Source of the DNA: Obrimoposthia wandeli
Taxonomy: Eukaryota
DNA: 64,000 nt
NCBI GenBank assembly: GCA_977020255.1
Contig: CDROCS010000410.1
Span: 124,001 to 188,000, forward strand
Reading direction: 5' to 3'
How positions within the stretch are numbered: the first letter of the stretch is position 1; each line of letters opens with the position of its first letter. Below the pieces are notes generated by a model that did not search any database, was not told the DNA's origin, and saw only the letters and a list, made by a program, of their open reading frames with translations. Below, piece by piece: positions 37,857 through 47,246 of this stretch. The translations under genes were made by a program, and so were the position numbers.

Positions 37857-38615
37857 TTAATCGGCTTTATTCCAATCAATACACTGCTGTAAAGTGATAC
37901 CAGCACCACCGAAAATATCCAGCGCACTGCCGATCGTTAAATCAACCTTACCATTTGATAACTGCTCGACTAAGACTAAATCTTCGATACTGCGCGCGCC
38001 ACCAGCATAAGTCACAGGTATTGTTGCATGTTGACCTAATAAAGCGACAAGCTCTTGATCTATACCATTTTGCAGCCCTTCAACGTCAGCCGCATGAATC
38101 AGAAATTCAGCGCAATGCTCAGCAAGTTGCTGTAACGTGTCGGCGTTTATCACGGTATCCGTTACGGTTTGCCAACGATTAGTCGCAATATTCCAGCCCT
38201 GTGCGGTTTTTCTGCAACTCAGGTCTAAAATCAAATGTTCTTTACCAACAGACGCTTTCAACTGTGCTAATTTATCCCAACTAAATTCATTACCGTCAAA
38301 CAAGTATGACGTCACAATGACATGGGAAGCCCCTGCCTCTATATATTTAGCTGCGTTGGCTAAATTAACACCACCACCAAACTGTAAACCACCGGGCCAT
38401 GCTTGTAATGCATTTAATACTTCAGATTCATTGTTTGGACCTAATGCAATTACATGGCCGCCACGAAGATCGTGTTGACGGTAAATATTTGCGTAATAAG
38501 CCGCATCATATTGGCTAATAAAATTAGTTGCAGCACCTTGTTCATTCAAGCTACCACCAACAATTTGTTTTACTTTACCCTGGTGTAAATCAATACAAGG
38601 ACGAAACTGAGTCAA
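37857..38615 (-). CDS. hisA: Eukaryote-type ProFAR isomerase (His6/HisA_euk)
   Basis: FRPCIDLHQGKVKQIVGG, GGHVI, LQFGGG, ASHVIVTS, LDLSCR, RWQ, HAADVEG: fungal/plant His6 signature. Confidence 0.88.
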   Translation of the reverse strand: MTQFRPCIDLHQGKVKQIVGGSLNEQGAATNFISQYDAAYYANIYRQHDLRGGHVIALGPNNESEVLNALQAWPGGLQFGGGVNLANAAKYIEAGASHVIVTSYLFDGNEFSWDKLAQLKASVGKEHLILDLSCRKTAQGWNIATNRWQTVTDTVINADTLQQLAEHCAEFLIHAADVEGLQNGIDQELVALLGQHATIPVTYAGGARSIEDLVLVEQLSNGKVDLTIGSALDIFGGAGITLQQCIDWNKAD

Positions 38616-38937
38616 AACAACACTCCTCTGTTAAAAACAAAACGATCAATTCCTGATCATAGAACACGTTACGTATAAAAATATAACTGACAGTATAACC
38701 ACAATATAAACGTAATGCGGTGATTTTCAGCATATTAAATTGTTAATAACACGGTCACAAATAATTGTTACATTAGAGTTAAAAATCGAATCAAAACACT
38801 TACATTATATGATACCCTCTTATTGGTAATACATAAGTACTAGTTGTGACATCACGTACTAATTTAGTGACATATTGTTCTGAATTGATGACAACGCTGT
38901 TTACCCAAATATATGTACCAAAGAACTGGAGCTAGGC

Positions 38938-41853
38938 TTGAAAAAGATTAAATTGTCGCTGACTAATTATACTGCTATTGCCTTCTCATCATTTCTATTT
39001 ATTACGATCAGTATACTAATATCAATCAGCTATAATCGCATGTCTGAAATGGCTCAAGACTCTGTATCACAACAGTTTCAGCGTTATGTTGACGATATCT
39101 ACACTTCGGTGAGCTATAAATACAGGCCAATCACCCAGCTTTTTGGCTACCTAAGTACAAGTTCTGATTGGGACCATGAGCAAGCCGCTGATATCAGTTT
39201 GATCAAATCAATAGACCTTGCTCGATACCTGTCGACCGATACCTTAACCAATTCTATTTATATGGGGTTTCCAAACGGCGATCTACTCGGTGCACATAAA
39301 CTCAGCTCTAAAACTAAGCAATATTATTATGACGCACCTGAATCCGCTAATTTTGTCATTGAAACATTGACCTATAAGCAAGAAAATTCAAATGAATTGA
39401 CTCGCGTTTACCTCAGCAACAATTTTGAAATCATTGATACGACCACAACAAAAAACGATTCATTGAATGTCTTTGATCGGGCTTGGTATAAAATAGGGAT
39501 ACAGAGTTCGAGTTTAATTCCCACGCCTGTATATAGAGATCTAAGGACGAATGAAGATTCATTAACCTTGGTACAAAGGCACAAGTTTGCCAATATTGTC
39601 ATCGCAACCGACCTTAATATTCCGACCATAGTCAATAGCTTAGCAACCTCTGATTTAAGTGATGATGCGATACGCGTATTATTCGGAGATAAAGGACAGT
39701 TCGTTGTTTATCACGATAACGATAGCCGTTTCTCTAACTTTATTGATACATCCGTTGATGATGTGATTGGGGATTTACTACAAAAAGAACAATTTAAACG
39801 TGTTATCCAAAATAATCTTAATAAAAATAATCTTTTCACCTTTAATTTCAGAGGTAAAAAATGGTTAGCTCAAAGTCATAATATAACCTTCATGCAGAAC
39901 AACAATGCACGTCTTCTCATTGCCGTGCCTGAAGACAGCATTTTAGGTCCATCTAAAAAAATGCTCCATGAAACTATGCTAATACTCGTTTCAGTCGGGT
40001 TTTTATTCATTCCATTAAGTTGGTTATTCGCTCGCGTATTAACACGGCCTCTGCGTACGATATCAATACAAATTAAACAAGTTACTGCGCTGGATGTTTC
40101 CGAAACTACAACAAAGCTCTCTAATATTGAAGAAATAGCTGATCTGCAACTCTCTACAGCTAAAATGCGAAAAACACTGGATGATTTTTTACGCTTACTC
40201 ACCATGCTTTCAAACGAACAAGATATTCATAGCCTATTAGAAAAAACCTGTGATAAAGCCAGTATCATGCTCAACGCTGATAGTGCTTTTGTATATTTAA
40301 AATCTGAAGAAGACGACAGCATATTAAAGCCCTTTATTTTGCATACTCAACATGACAGTATAAAAACGGATATTAGCCTGTGCCCTAACCTCTCGACACA
40401 GTGGCCGTATGAAAAATTAAGAAACAACGTCAATGTAAAGGATATTCAATTCAACCTTATCCACCCAATGCTTAAAACAGCGTTAATTAAAGCAGGCATA
40501 CATCCTGAAAATAGTAATGTTTATACGTTAACTATTCCTTTGGTTAATCGCAGAGGTGATATTCTCGGCCTAATTGGTTTTAGTTACGATCAATGTCTTG
40601 ATGGAGAAGAACTGACGCATGTAATGGGCGTGGCAAAAGCGTTATCTGACTTTATATCGCTGTCTTTTGAAGGTCAAGATTCGATAGCCAAGCAAAAAGA
40701 ATTACTCAATTCATTTATTCAATTAATTGCTGGCGCGATTGATACGAAATCACCGTATACAGGTGCTCACTGCCAGCGTGTGCCTGAACTTGCAAGTATG
40801 CTAGCAGCCGAAGCATCTAAATCAACACAAACACAATTCCGTAAATTCAACTTAGATTCAGAGGGCTGGGAGCAACTCAACATCGCAGCTTGGCTACATG
40901 ATTGCGGTAAAGTAACAACACCTGAATATATAATAGATAAAGCTACGAAATTAGAAACTATTTATAATCGGATTAATGAAGTAAGAATGCGTTTTGAAGT
41001 CCTTATCCGCGATGCTCAGATCCAAGCATTAACGGCTATATCACAAGGTGAATGCGCGAAACAAACTAACAATATTCTAGCTGATAATGTCGCTCAAATT
41101 GAAGATGATTTTGCATTTATCGCGCAGTGTAATCTTGGTGAAAATAAGATTGATGACGAAGCGATTGACAGAATTGAATCGATATCTCAGCAGACTTGGT
41201 TACGCTTTCTTGATGACGAACTTGGACTGTCTCCTGCTGAACTGGTACAAAAAAATAGAACAGCACCTGTCAGTCTCCCTATCATGGAGCCTTTGTTGTC
41301 AGATCGCGCTGAACACATGATTGCACACATAGACAACTCATTGGAATTAGAAGCTCATTTACGCTTTAATATGAAACGTCCACTACAGCGTAATAATTTA
41401 GGTGAACTGCATAACCTCATGATCCAACGTGGCACCATTAATGCTGAAGAACGTTACGTCATTAACCACCATGTTATCCAAACAATTACGATGTTGGAAC
41501 AACTGCCGCTACCACCCCATCTAAGCCGAGTACCAGAGATCGCAGGTGGCCATCACGAACAATTAAATGGTCGCGGTTATCCACGCGGTTATCAAGAAGA
41601 AGAAATATCGCTTGAAGCACGTATATTAGCTATTTCAGATGTCTTTGAGGCGCTAACAGCCAGCGATAGACCTTATAAAACAGCTAAATCATTGAGTCAA
41701 AGTATTAAAATATTAAGCTTTATGAGTAAAGACAGGCATATAGACAGCGATCTATTTAAACTGTTTTTGAGTTCTGGTATTTATCTTGATTATGCACACA
41801 AATATCTCAAGCCAGAGCAAATTGATCATGTTGATATTTCAGAATATTTATAG
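38938..41853 (+). CDS. Membrane sensor HD-GYP protein (Cache-like, HAMP, GAF-like, HD-GYP)
   Basis: Two TM helices, KSPYTGAHCQRV, LHDCGK, HHEQLNGRGYPRG, DVFEALTASDRPYK. Confidence 0.9.
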   Translation: MKKIKLSLTNYTAIAFSSFLFITISILISISYNRMSEMAQDSVSQQFQRYVDDIYTSVSYKYRPITQLFGYLSTSSDWDHEQAADISLIKSIDLARYLSTDTLTNSIYMGFPNGDLLGAHKLSSKTKQYYYDAPESANFVIETLTYKQENSNELTRVYLSNNFEIIDTTTTKNDSLNVFDRAWYKIGIQSSSLIPTPVYRDLRTNEDSLTLVQRHKFANIVIATDLNIPTIVNSLATSDLSDDAIRVLFGDKGQFVVYHDNDSRFSNFIDTSVDDVIGDLLQKEQFKRVIQNNLNKNNLFTFNFRGKKWLAQSHNITFMQNNNARLLIAVPEDSILGPSKKMLHETMLILVSVGFLFIPLSWLFARVLTRPLRTISIQIKQVTALDVSETTTKLSNIEEIADLQLSTAKMRKTLDDFLRLLTMLSNEQDIHSLLEKTCDKASIMLNADSAFVYLKSEEDDSILKPFILHTQHDSIKTDISLCPNLSTQWPYEKLRNNVNVKDIQFNLIHPMLKTALIKAGIHPENSNVYTLTIPLVNRRGDILGLIGFSYDQCLDGEELTHVMGVAKALSDFISLSFEGQDSIAKQKELLNSFIQLIAGAIDTKSPYTGAHCQRVPELASMLAAEASKSTQTQFRKFNLDSEGWEQLNIAAWLHDCGKVTTPEYIIDKATKLETIYNRINEVRMRFEVLIRDAQIQALTAISQGECAKQTNNILADNVAQIEDDFAFIAQCNLGENKIDDEAIDRIESISQQTWLRFLDDELGLSPAELVQKNRTAPVSLPIMEPLLSDRAEHMIAHIDNSLELEAHLRFNMKRPLQRNNLGELHNLMIQRGTINAEERYVINHHVIQTITMLEQLPLPPHLSRVPEIAGGHHEQLNGRGYPRGYQEEEISLEARILAISDVFEALTASDRPYKTAKSLSQSIKILSFMSKDRHIDSDLFKLFLSSGIYLDYAHKYLKPEQIDHVDISEYL

Positions 41854-41863
41854 TGCTGAGACT

Positions 41864-41943
41864 TATAGTATCGAAGGTATGATATCGAAAGTTATAATAT
41901 CGAAGGTATAAAGGTATGGTATCGAAAGTTATAGTATCTAAGG
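41864..41943. repeat. Degenerate 14/15-bp tandem repeat, 5 units plus a partial unit
   Basis: tatagtatcgaagg/tatgatatcgaaagt/tataatatcgaagg/tataaagg/tatggtatcgaaagt/tatagtatctaagg. Confidence 0.8.
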
Positions 41944-42019
41944 ATTATGCTAGCTGGGAACTGCAGAAATTGAGGATGCTAAGCTGAGCACTAAGCATTT
42001 TTTAAACACCAGAAACTAA

Positions 42020-42044
42020 AACGCCATCTACAAGAGATGGCGTT
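42020..42044 (-). terminator. Intrinsic terminator of the small-ORF transcript (may also work on +)
   Basis: AACGCCATCT-N5-AGATGGCGTT, followed by TTAGTTT on the minus strand. Confidence 0.8.
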
Positions 42045-42064
42045 AAATTTTGAATTCCTAGAAC

Positions 42065-42148
42065 TTAGTAACCTAAATGTCTTGGGTAAGTGAATTTTGT
42101 GTTATATAAATCACCGAAAACAGGAGTTGCAGGTACTGAATTTTTCAT
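42065..42148 (-). CDS. Putative 27-aa small protein MKNSVPATPVFGDLYNTKFTYPRHLGY (not in the ORF track)
   Basis: SD AAGGTGAG 4 nt before ATG, own promoter candidate upstream, terminator 20 nt after the stop. Confidence 0.6.
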   Translation of the reverse strand: MKNSVPATPVFGDLYNTKFTYPRHLGY

Positions 42149-42270
42149 AGGTCTCACCTTCTAAATCATTAATCAAAAATTGAACCACATGGCTCAGTTG
42201 ATCTCGGTTCCTTGGAGGCGGTTTAACGGACTCATCCTTTGAGCATTTTTCTATCTTCTTGTTCAGAAGA

Positions 42271-42305
42271 TGTGACCAATGTAACATAAATAATCCATTA
42301 CGCAA
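42271..42305 (-). promoter_or_regulatory. Sigma70 promoter overlapped by a CRP box
   Basis: -35 TTGCGT (42305-42300), 16-nt spacer, TGnTACATT (-10 at 42283-42278); CRP box TGTGA-CCAATG-TAACA at 42271-42286. Confidence 0.55.
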
Positions 42306-42412
42306 GCTTTCATTTGAAACCAATCACATAATCAAACAAATAAACTAGACTTTTGAAGACCTGATTGTGTTTACTTTCAGCTCGAGATTAATCAACAACC
42401 TATATATTTCGA

Positions 42413-45400
42413 CTACATATTGCGACGATATTTCCCCCCAGCTAAATACAACACATCGGTTAACTGAGATAAGCTCGTATAAGGCACCGCATTCATCAGT
42501 ACAGCAAAACTATTATCGCCAGCCAATAAGGCGGTCTTCATCGTGTCCAATGACAATGCAGCCTGCACTTTATGCTGTAGCTTAAACTGTAATACACTGT
42601 CTATTTGTTGCTGCTTTTTAGTTTCACTACAACGCACTAATTCTTTATCGTTTAATCGTGTCGCGTCATGCTGTTCCGTATCTCTGCTCATGCAATTCAC
42701 CCCCACCATATCAAGTTGTGCACTGCCTTTTAATTTTTCATAGTACATACTTTGCTGCTGTATTTGCGTGCGCTGATAACCGGTTTCAATTGCGCCAAGC
42801 ACCCCGCCACGACGGGCTAAACGATTAAACTCACCATAGACGGATTCTTCAACAAGATCGGTTAACTGCTCGATAATGTAACTACCTTGCAAGGGATTTT
42901 GATTTTTATTTAAGCCAAACTCGCGATTAATAATGGATTGAATGGACAGCGCTCGATAGACGGAATTTTCAGTCGGTGTCGTGATCGTTTCATCATAGGC
43001 ATTGGTATGTAAGCTATTGCAGTTATCGCACAACGCATACATAGCTTGTAGACTGGTGCGTATATCATTCAAGTCAATTTCTTGTGATTGCAGACTCCGA
43101 CCGGATGTTTGGATGTGGTACTTTAATTTTTGGCTACGCTCATTGGCCTTATATACCGACTTTAATGTTCGCGACCATATCCGTCGTGCTACGCGCCCTA
43201 TCACTGCATATTCAGGATCCATACCATTACTAAAGAAAAAGCTCAGTCGTGGCGCGACATCATCAATATCCAAACCTTGCGCTAGATAATATTCTAATAG
43301 CGTAAAACCGTTCGCCAATGTAAAGGCAAGTTGCGTGATAGGGTTCGCCCCTGCTTCACCAATGTGATAACCACTCACTGACACGGGATAAAATTTCTCA
43401 ATCGCGTTAGCACTAAAGTAGCCTTGCATATCAGCCATTAGCTTCAGCGAAAAATCTAATGAGAAAATACACTCATTTTGTGCGATCTCTTCTTTTAAAA
43501 TATCAGCTTGCAGCGTACCCCTGACTTTTTGATAGGTAGCGGTTTTCAATAGTGTATATTCAGCCTCTAAGCCAAGTAATTCACTCATTAATACCTGACC
43601 AGAAATGCCCAATAATTTAAGTCCTAGCCCCTCATGCCCTTGAGGTCGCCCCCCACGATACACAGGCCGTTGTTTAGCCGTCATGCCCGCAGAGGTTAAA
43701 TAGCGAGTTATGTGTTTGTTGGCTTTTGACCATAACTTCATTTTGGTTAAATACAGTTCAACTTGTTGATCAATCGCGGTATGTAAAAACCACGCCATAA
43801 GGATGGGTGCAGGGCCATTAATCGTCATAGATACCGACGTGCCGCTATCGCATAGGTCTATGCCTGAATACAGTATTTTCATATCATCAAGCGTTGCAAT
43901 CGACACACCTGACATGCCTATGCAGGCAAACACATCAGGGCTTAAAGCAGGATCGTGACCGTAAAGAGTATTAGGATCAAACGCCGTTGATAATCGAATC
44001 GATTTTTGGCCTTTAATTAAATAATGAAAACGCTTATTGGTATCTTCAGGTAAGCCTTCACCAGCAAACATCCGCGTCGGGTCTTCATCATTATGCCTTT
44101 TAGGGAAAACGCCCGCGGTATAAGGAAACTGTCCAGGGCAATTTTCATTCAGTAAAAAAGCAGTGATATTATCCCAATGCTGCTCATTTGGTTTCACCAC
44201 ATGCGGGACTACTGTACCGCTTAAACTCACAAAGTGGTCTTTATGCTCACCATACGTTTGATGAGAATCGATGGTATCAACCCCCTCTTCAATGCGTTTT
44301 AATGCCAATTCTTCTTCGTCTCTAAACCAAGCCAATAACGCATGCCTAAGTGGCACAGACAGCTTAGTTAAAAGTTTGTTATAACGTGCCCGTAACGGCG
44401 GTAAGATCATTTTTAGCGAAGCATCGGTAACTAAAAAACTGTGCTCATCAGATTCATTGGCTATATCGGCTTGTGGGTAGCGCCCTAGTTTAGTCGGTAA
44501 ACAAGGATCACCGAGATCAGCTAACACTTGATAACAACTATGCAATTCCCGAACTTGTGCTATTTGCTGCGCATTCGTATCGCTTAATTTTTGGTAATGG
44601 TTATAGATCCGCGTTAAATAATCCGGATGTTGTAAATTTAACTGACTTGCGGATAGTGTCCAATCATAACGGGGATAACGAGTGAGTACTTGCTGGTATA
44701 TTTTTTCAATATTAGGCTGTGTTGAAAAAGGTAACTTAGTGCCATATTTGGCCTTAAATTCGAACATCAAAAATGCGATAAATCGATTAAAACCATGATC
44801 GTCATAGTGGCTTGCTACCATAGGGAAAACAGGCGGTTCATTACGAACAGAACCTTTTACTTGCTGATTATTTTTTCCTTGTTGATTAAAACGCCATTGT
44901 TGTTGCACGTCATTAAACGCATCTTCACTGCCTTGTTGATCGGCTTTATTCAGCACCACAGCATCGGCATACTGTAACATCTCAATTTTTTCTAGCTGAC
45001 TACTGGCACCATAATCCTTGGTCATGAGATAAAGGCTAAAATCAACCATATCAACTATCGCACTGTCACTTTGACCAATACCTGCTGTTTCAATTAATAC
45101 CAGATCAAAACCTTGATTAATCAATAGCGGCACACAGGTTTGTAATGACTGACTGATCGAGACATTGGCTTGTCGCGTTGCTATCGACCGCATGAATAAC
45201 CGATCGTGCGGGAAGGTGTTTATACGAATCCGATCACCGAGCAAAGCCCCACCGGTTTTTTGAGCACTGGGGTCAACCGCTAAATAGGCAATCTTCATAT
45301 CAGGATAAAGCTGTAATAATGCCGCTAATAACTCATCAATAAAGGTACTTTTACCCGCACCGCCTGTGCCTGTGATCCCCATCACCACACTTTTTTTCAC

Positions 45401-46000
45401 ACCTTCGACGTTCGGTGACAATACAGGATCGACACTGGCTTTACGGTTATCACTAACCATACTATTCGTCGTTAATCGATCTTGCTCGATAGCCGTGATT
45501 AACTGTCCCAGATATAAATCAGTAGCAGGTTTTCTGGTTAATTTTTTAAGCTTAAATTTTGCGGTCGTTTTAGGTTTAACAGCGATTAAACGGGTTAATA
45601 AATCACTTATCATCTCGTCTAAACTCAGTACATCATCACTGGTATAAACGCGTGTAATACCTTCTGCTTCTAATCTTCTCGCTTCAGTTGCGGAAATAGT
45701 GGCACCGCCGCCAACGAATATTGCTGGTTTAGCCCCGACTTCGGCCAGACTAGATAGTAAATAACCGAAATAAGCATCATGCCCACCTTGATAGGAACTC
45801 ATCGCAATGGCATCTACGTCTTCTTGTAATGCGGCTGTCACCACATCATGCACTGAGCGGTTAATGCCTAGATGAATAACTTCAACGCCTCGCGCTTGTA
45901 ATAACCGTCGTACAATATTAATTGCCGCGTCATGACCATCAAACAGACAGGTCGCGGTTAAAATGCGTAAGGGGAATTTAGTTGAAGTCGTTTTCATCAC
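42413..46000 (-). CDS. icmF: Fused isobutyryl-CoA mutase IcmF (B12 domain - MeaB G-protein - mutase)
   Basis: FDGHDAAINI (DxH B12 ligand), SSYQGGH, GTGGAGKS, ETAGIGQ, NKAD, EDPTRMFAGEG (Phe at the specificity site), QADILKE, C-terminal YRRNM. Confidence 0.92.
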   Translation of the reverse strand: MMKTTSTKFPLRILTATCLFDGHDAAINIVRRLLQARGVEVIHLGINRSVHDVVTAALQEDVDAIAMSSYQGGHDAYFGYLLSSLAEVGAKPAIFVGGGATISATEARRLEAEGITRVYTSDDVLSLDEMISDLLTRLIAVKPKTTAKFKLKKLTRKPATDLYLGQLITAIEQDRLTTNSMVSDNRKASVDPVLSPNVEGVKKSVVMGITGTGGAGKSTFIDELLAALLQLYPDMKIAYLAVDPSAQKTGGALLGDRIRINTFPHDRLFMRSIATRQANVSISQSLQTCVPLLINQGFDLVLIETAGIGQSDSAIVDMVDFSLYLMTKDYGASSQLEKIEMLQYADAVVLNKADQQGSEDAFNDVQQQWRFNQQGKNNQQVKGSVRNEPPVFPMVASHYDDHGFNRFIAFLMFEFKAKYGTKLPFSTQPNIEKIYQQVLTRYPRYDWTLSASQLNLQHPDYLTRIYNHYQKLSDTNAQQIAQVRELHSCYQVLADLGDPCLPTKLGRYPQADIANESDEHSFLVTDASLKMILPPLRARYNKLLTKLSVPLRHALLAWFRDEEELALKRIEEGVDTIDSHQTYGEHKDHFVSLSGTVVPHVVKPNEQHWDNITAFLLNENCPGQFPYTAGVFPKRHNDEDPTRMFAGEGLPEDTNKRFHYLIKGQKSIRLSTAFDPNTLYGHDPALSPDVFACIGMSGVSIATLDDMKILYSGIDLCDSGTSVSMTINGPAPILMAWFLHTAIDQQVELYLTKMKLWSKANKHITRYLTSAGMTAKQRPVYRGGRPQGHEGLGLKLLGISGQVLMSELLGLEAEYTLLKTATYQKVRGTLQADILKEEIAQNECIFSLDFSLKLMADMQGYFSANAIEKFYPVSVSGYHIGEAGANPITQLAFTLANGFTLLEYYLAQGLDIDDVAPRLSFFFSNGMDPEYAVIGRVARRIWSRTLKSVYKANERSQKLKYHIQTSGRSLQSQEIDLNDIRTSLQAMYALCDNCNSLHTNAYDETITTPTENSVYRALSIQSIINREFGLNKNQNPLQGSYIIEQLTDLVEESVYGEFNRLARRGGVLGAIETGYQRTQIQQQSMYYEKLKGSAQLDMVGVNCMSRDTEQHDATRLNDKELVRCSETKKQQQIDSVLQFKLQHKVQAALSLDTMKTALLAGDNSFAVLMNAVPYTSLSQLTDVLYLAGGKYRRNM

Positions 46001-46058
46001 TCTTCACTCCATATTTTTATAAGTCTTTCTATCAAAATAATTATTTATAATGCAGGTA

Positions 46059-47246
46059 TTAGTTTTCGAGTGCTAGATCAGCCATTAATACAGCGAGGAA
46101 TCGAGCAGCTTCCCCACCCGTTATCGAACGATGATCAAACGTTAAAGACAAGGGTAATAAAGTACGTTCAACAATACAGGACTGCTCATCCCCTTTTTTA
46201 GCCAAGAGTAGTTGTTGAAATAAACGCCCCGTCCCTAATATTGCAACGGTAGGTGGCATTACAATCGGGTTGGCATATTTACCCACCATACTGCCAAAAT
46301 TAGACAAGGTAATGGTACTGCCACGCAGATCATCTGCGGCGATTTTACGTTGTGTGACTAACTCTTTAATCGTGTTAATTTTGTCACGCATTGCTTTGCC
46401 AGTGTAATTTTGTGCATCACGGATCACCGGTACAAACAAGCCATCCTTAGTATCAACAGCAAGTCCTAAATGCATCGATTTAATAATACGGCGGCCAATA
46501 GCGTGACTATCATACCAAGCGTTTAAAGTAGGCTCAGCTTCACAAGCCAGCGCCATTGCGCGTATCATTCGAACCGTGATGTCACCCTGAGCAAACCAAG
46601 GGGTTATATCTGCATCATCATGCAGCGTAACAGGCACAACTTCGGCATGCGCTTGTGCCATAGCTTTAGCCATACTGCGGCGAACGCCTTTTAATGGTAC
46701 TAACTCACCAACATCTGCAAATATTTTAACCACACGTTCAACATCAGCAGCAGTCACCGTACTGTGTGGGCCAGAAGGTGTGACTATCGCTAAATCAATA
46801 TTATATCTGTGTGCGAGCGCACGCACTGCTGGCGTAGCTTTAACACCAATACTGTTACCCGATACCGACTGCGCCGTTTCTTTTAGTTTAACTGCAGATG
46901 TATGTAGTTCACCAACAACAGAAGTTGACGCCTTAGTCGGCTGAGCAACTTTCCCGGCACCAGTCGCCGCAGTAGTGGTCGCAGCAGTCACTTTACCACC
47001 TGAAACCCCTGCCTCTTCAAAGAACTCAACAAGTGGATCGCCGGTATGAATAATATCGCCAACGTCACCGTACAATTTCACCACGGTAGCATTCTCAGGA
47101 CAAGGGATCTCGACAATCGCTTTAGCGGTTTCCATTGACACCATTAACTGGTCGGCAGTCACCACATCGCCAGGTTTAACGAACCATTCAACAATTTCAG
47201 CTTCGGGTAAACCTTCCCCTAAATCAGGTAATTTGAATATATGCAT
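46059..47246 (-). CDS. 2-oxoacid dehydrogenase E2 (single lipoyl domain)
   Basis: METAKA lipoyl-Lys, E3-binding ATPAVRALA, catalytic DHRSITG. Confidence 0.95.
   Translation of the reverse strand: MHIFKLPDLGEGLPEAEIVEWFVKPGDVVTADQLMVSMETAKAIVEIPCPENATVVKLYGDVGDIIHTGDPLVEFFEEAGVSGGKVTAATTTAATGAGKVAQPTKASTSVVGELHTSAVKLKETAQSVSGNSIGVKATPAVRALAHRYNIDLAIVTPSGPHSTVTAADVERVVKIFADVGELVPLKGVRRSMAKAMAQAHAEVVPVTLHDDADITPWFAQGDITVRMIRAMALACEAEPTLNAWYDSHAIGRRIIKSMHLGLAVDTKDGLFVPVIRDAQNYTGKAMRDKINTIKELVTQRKIAADDLRGSTITLSNFGSMVGKYANPIVMPPTVAILGTGRLFQQLLLAKKGDEQSCIVERTLLPLSLTFDHRSITGGEAARFLAVLMADLALEN

Noticed and set aside
31208-38615. Genomic island or prophage suggested by the HNH nuclease, Zn ribbon and orphan pilins
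   Set aside because: No integrase, tRNA, att repeats or phage genes; YajD and YgjP are ordinary chromosomal families.
41864-41943. Possible CRISPR array (also considered for 53229-53276, 26409-26468, 32603-32655)
   Set aside because: Units are 8-18 bp and contiguous, with no unique spacers and no cas genes.
42111-42323. 70-aa ORF from the track overlapping the small-peptide unit
   Set aside because: TTG start with no SD; it runs through the predicted promoter and hairpins; the 27-aa ORF in another frame has a good SD and a terminator.
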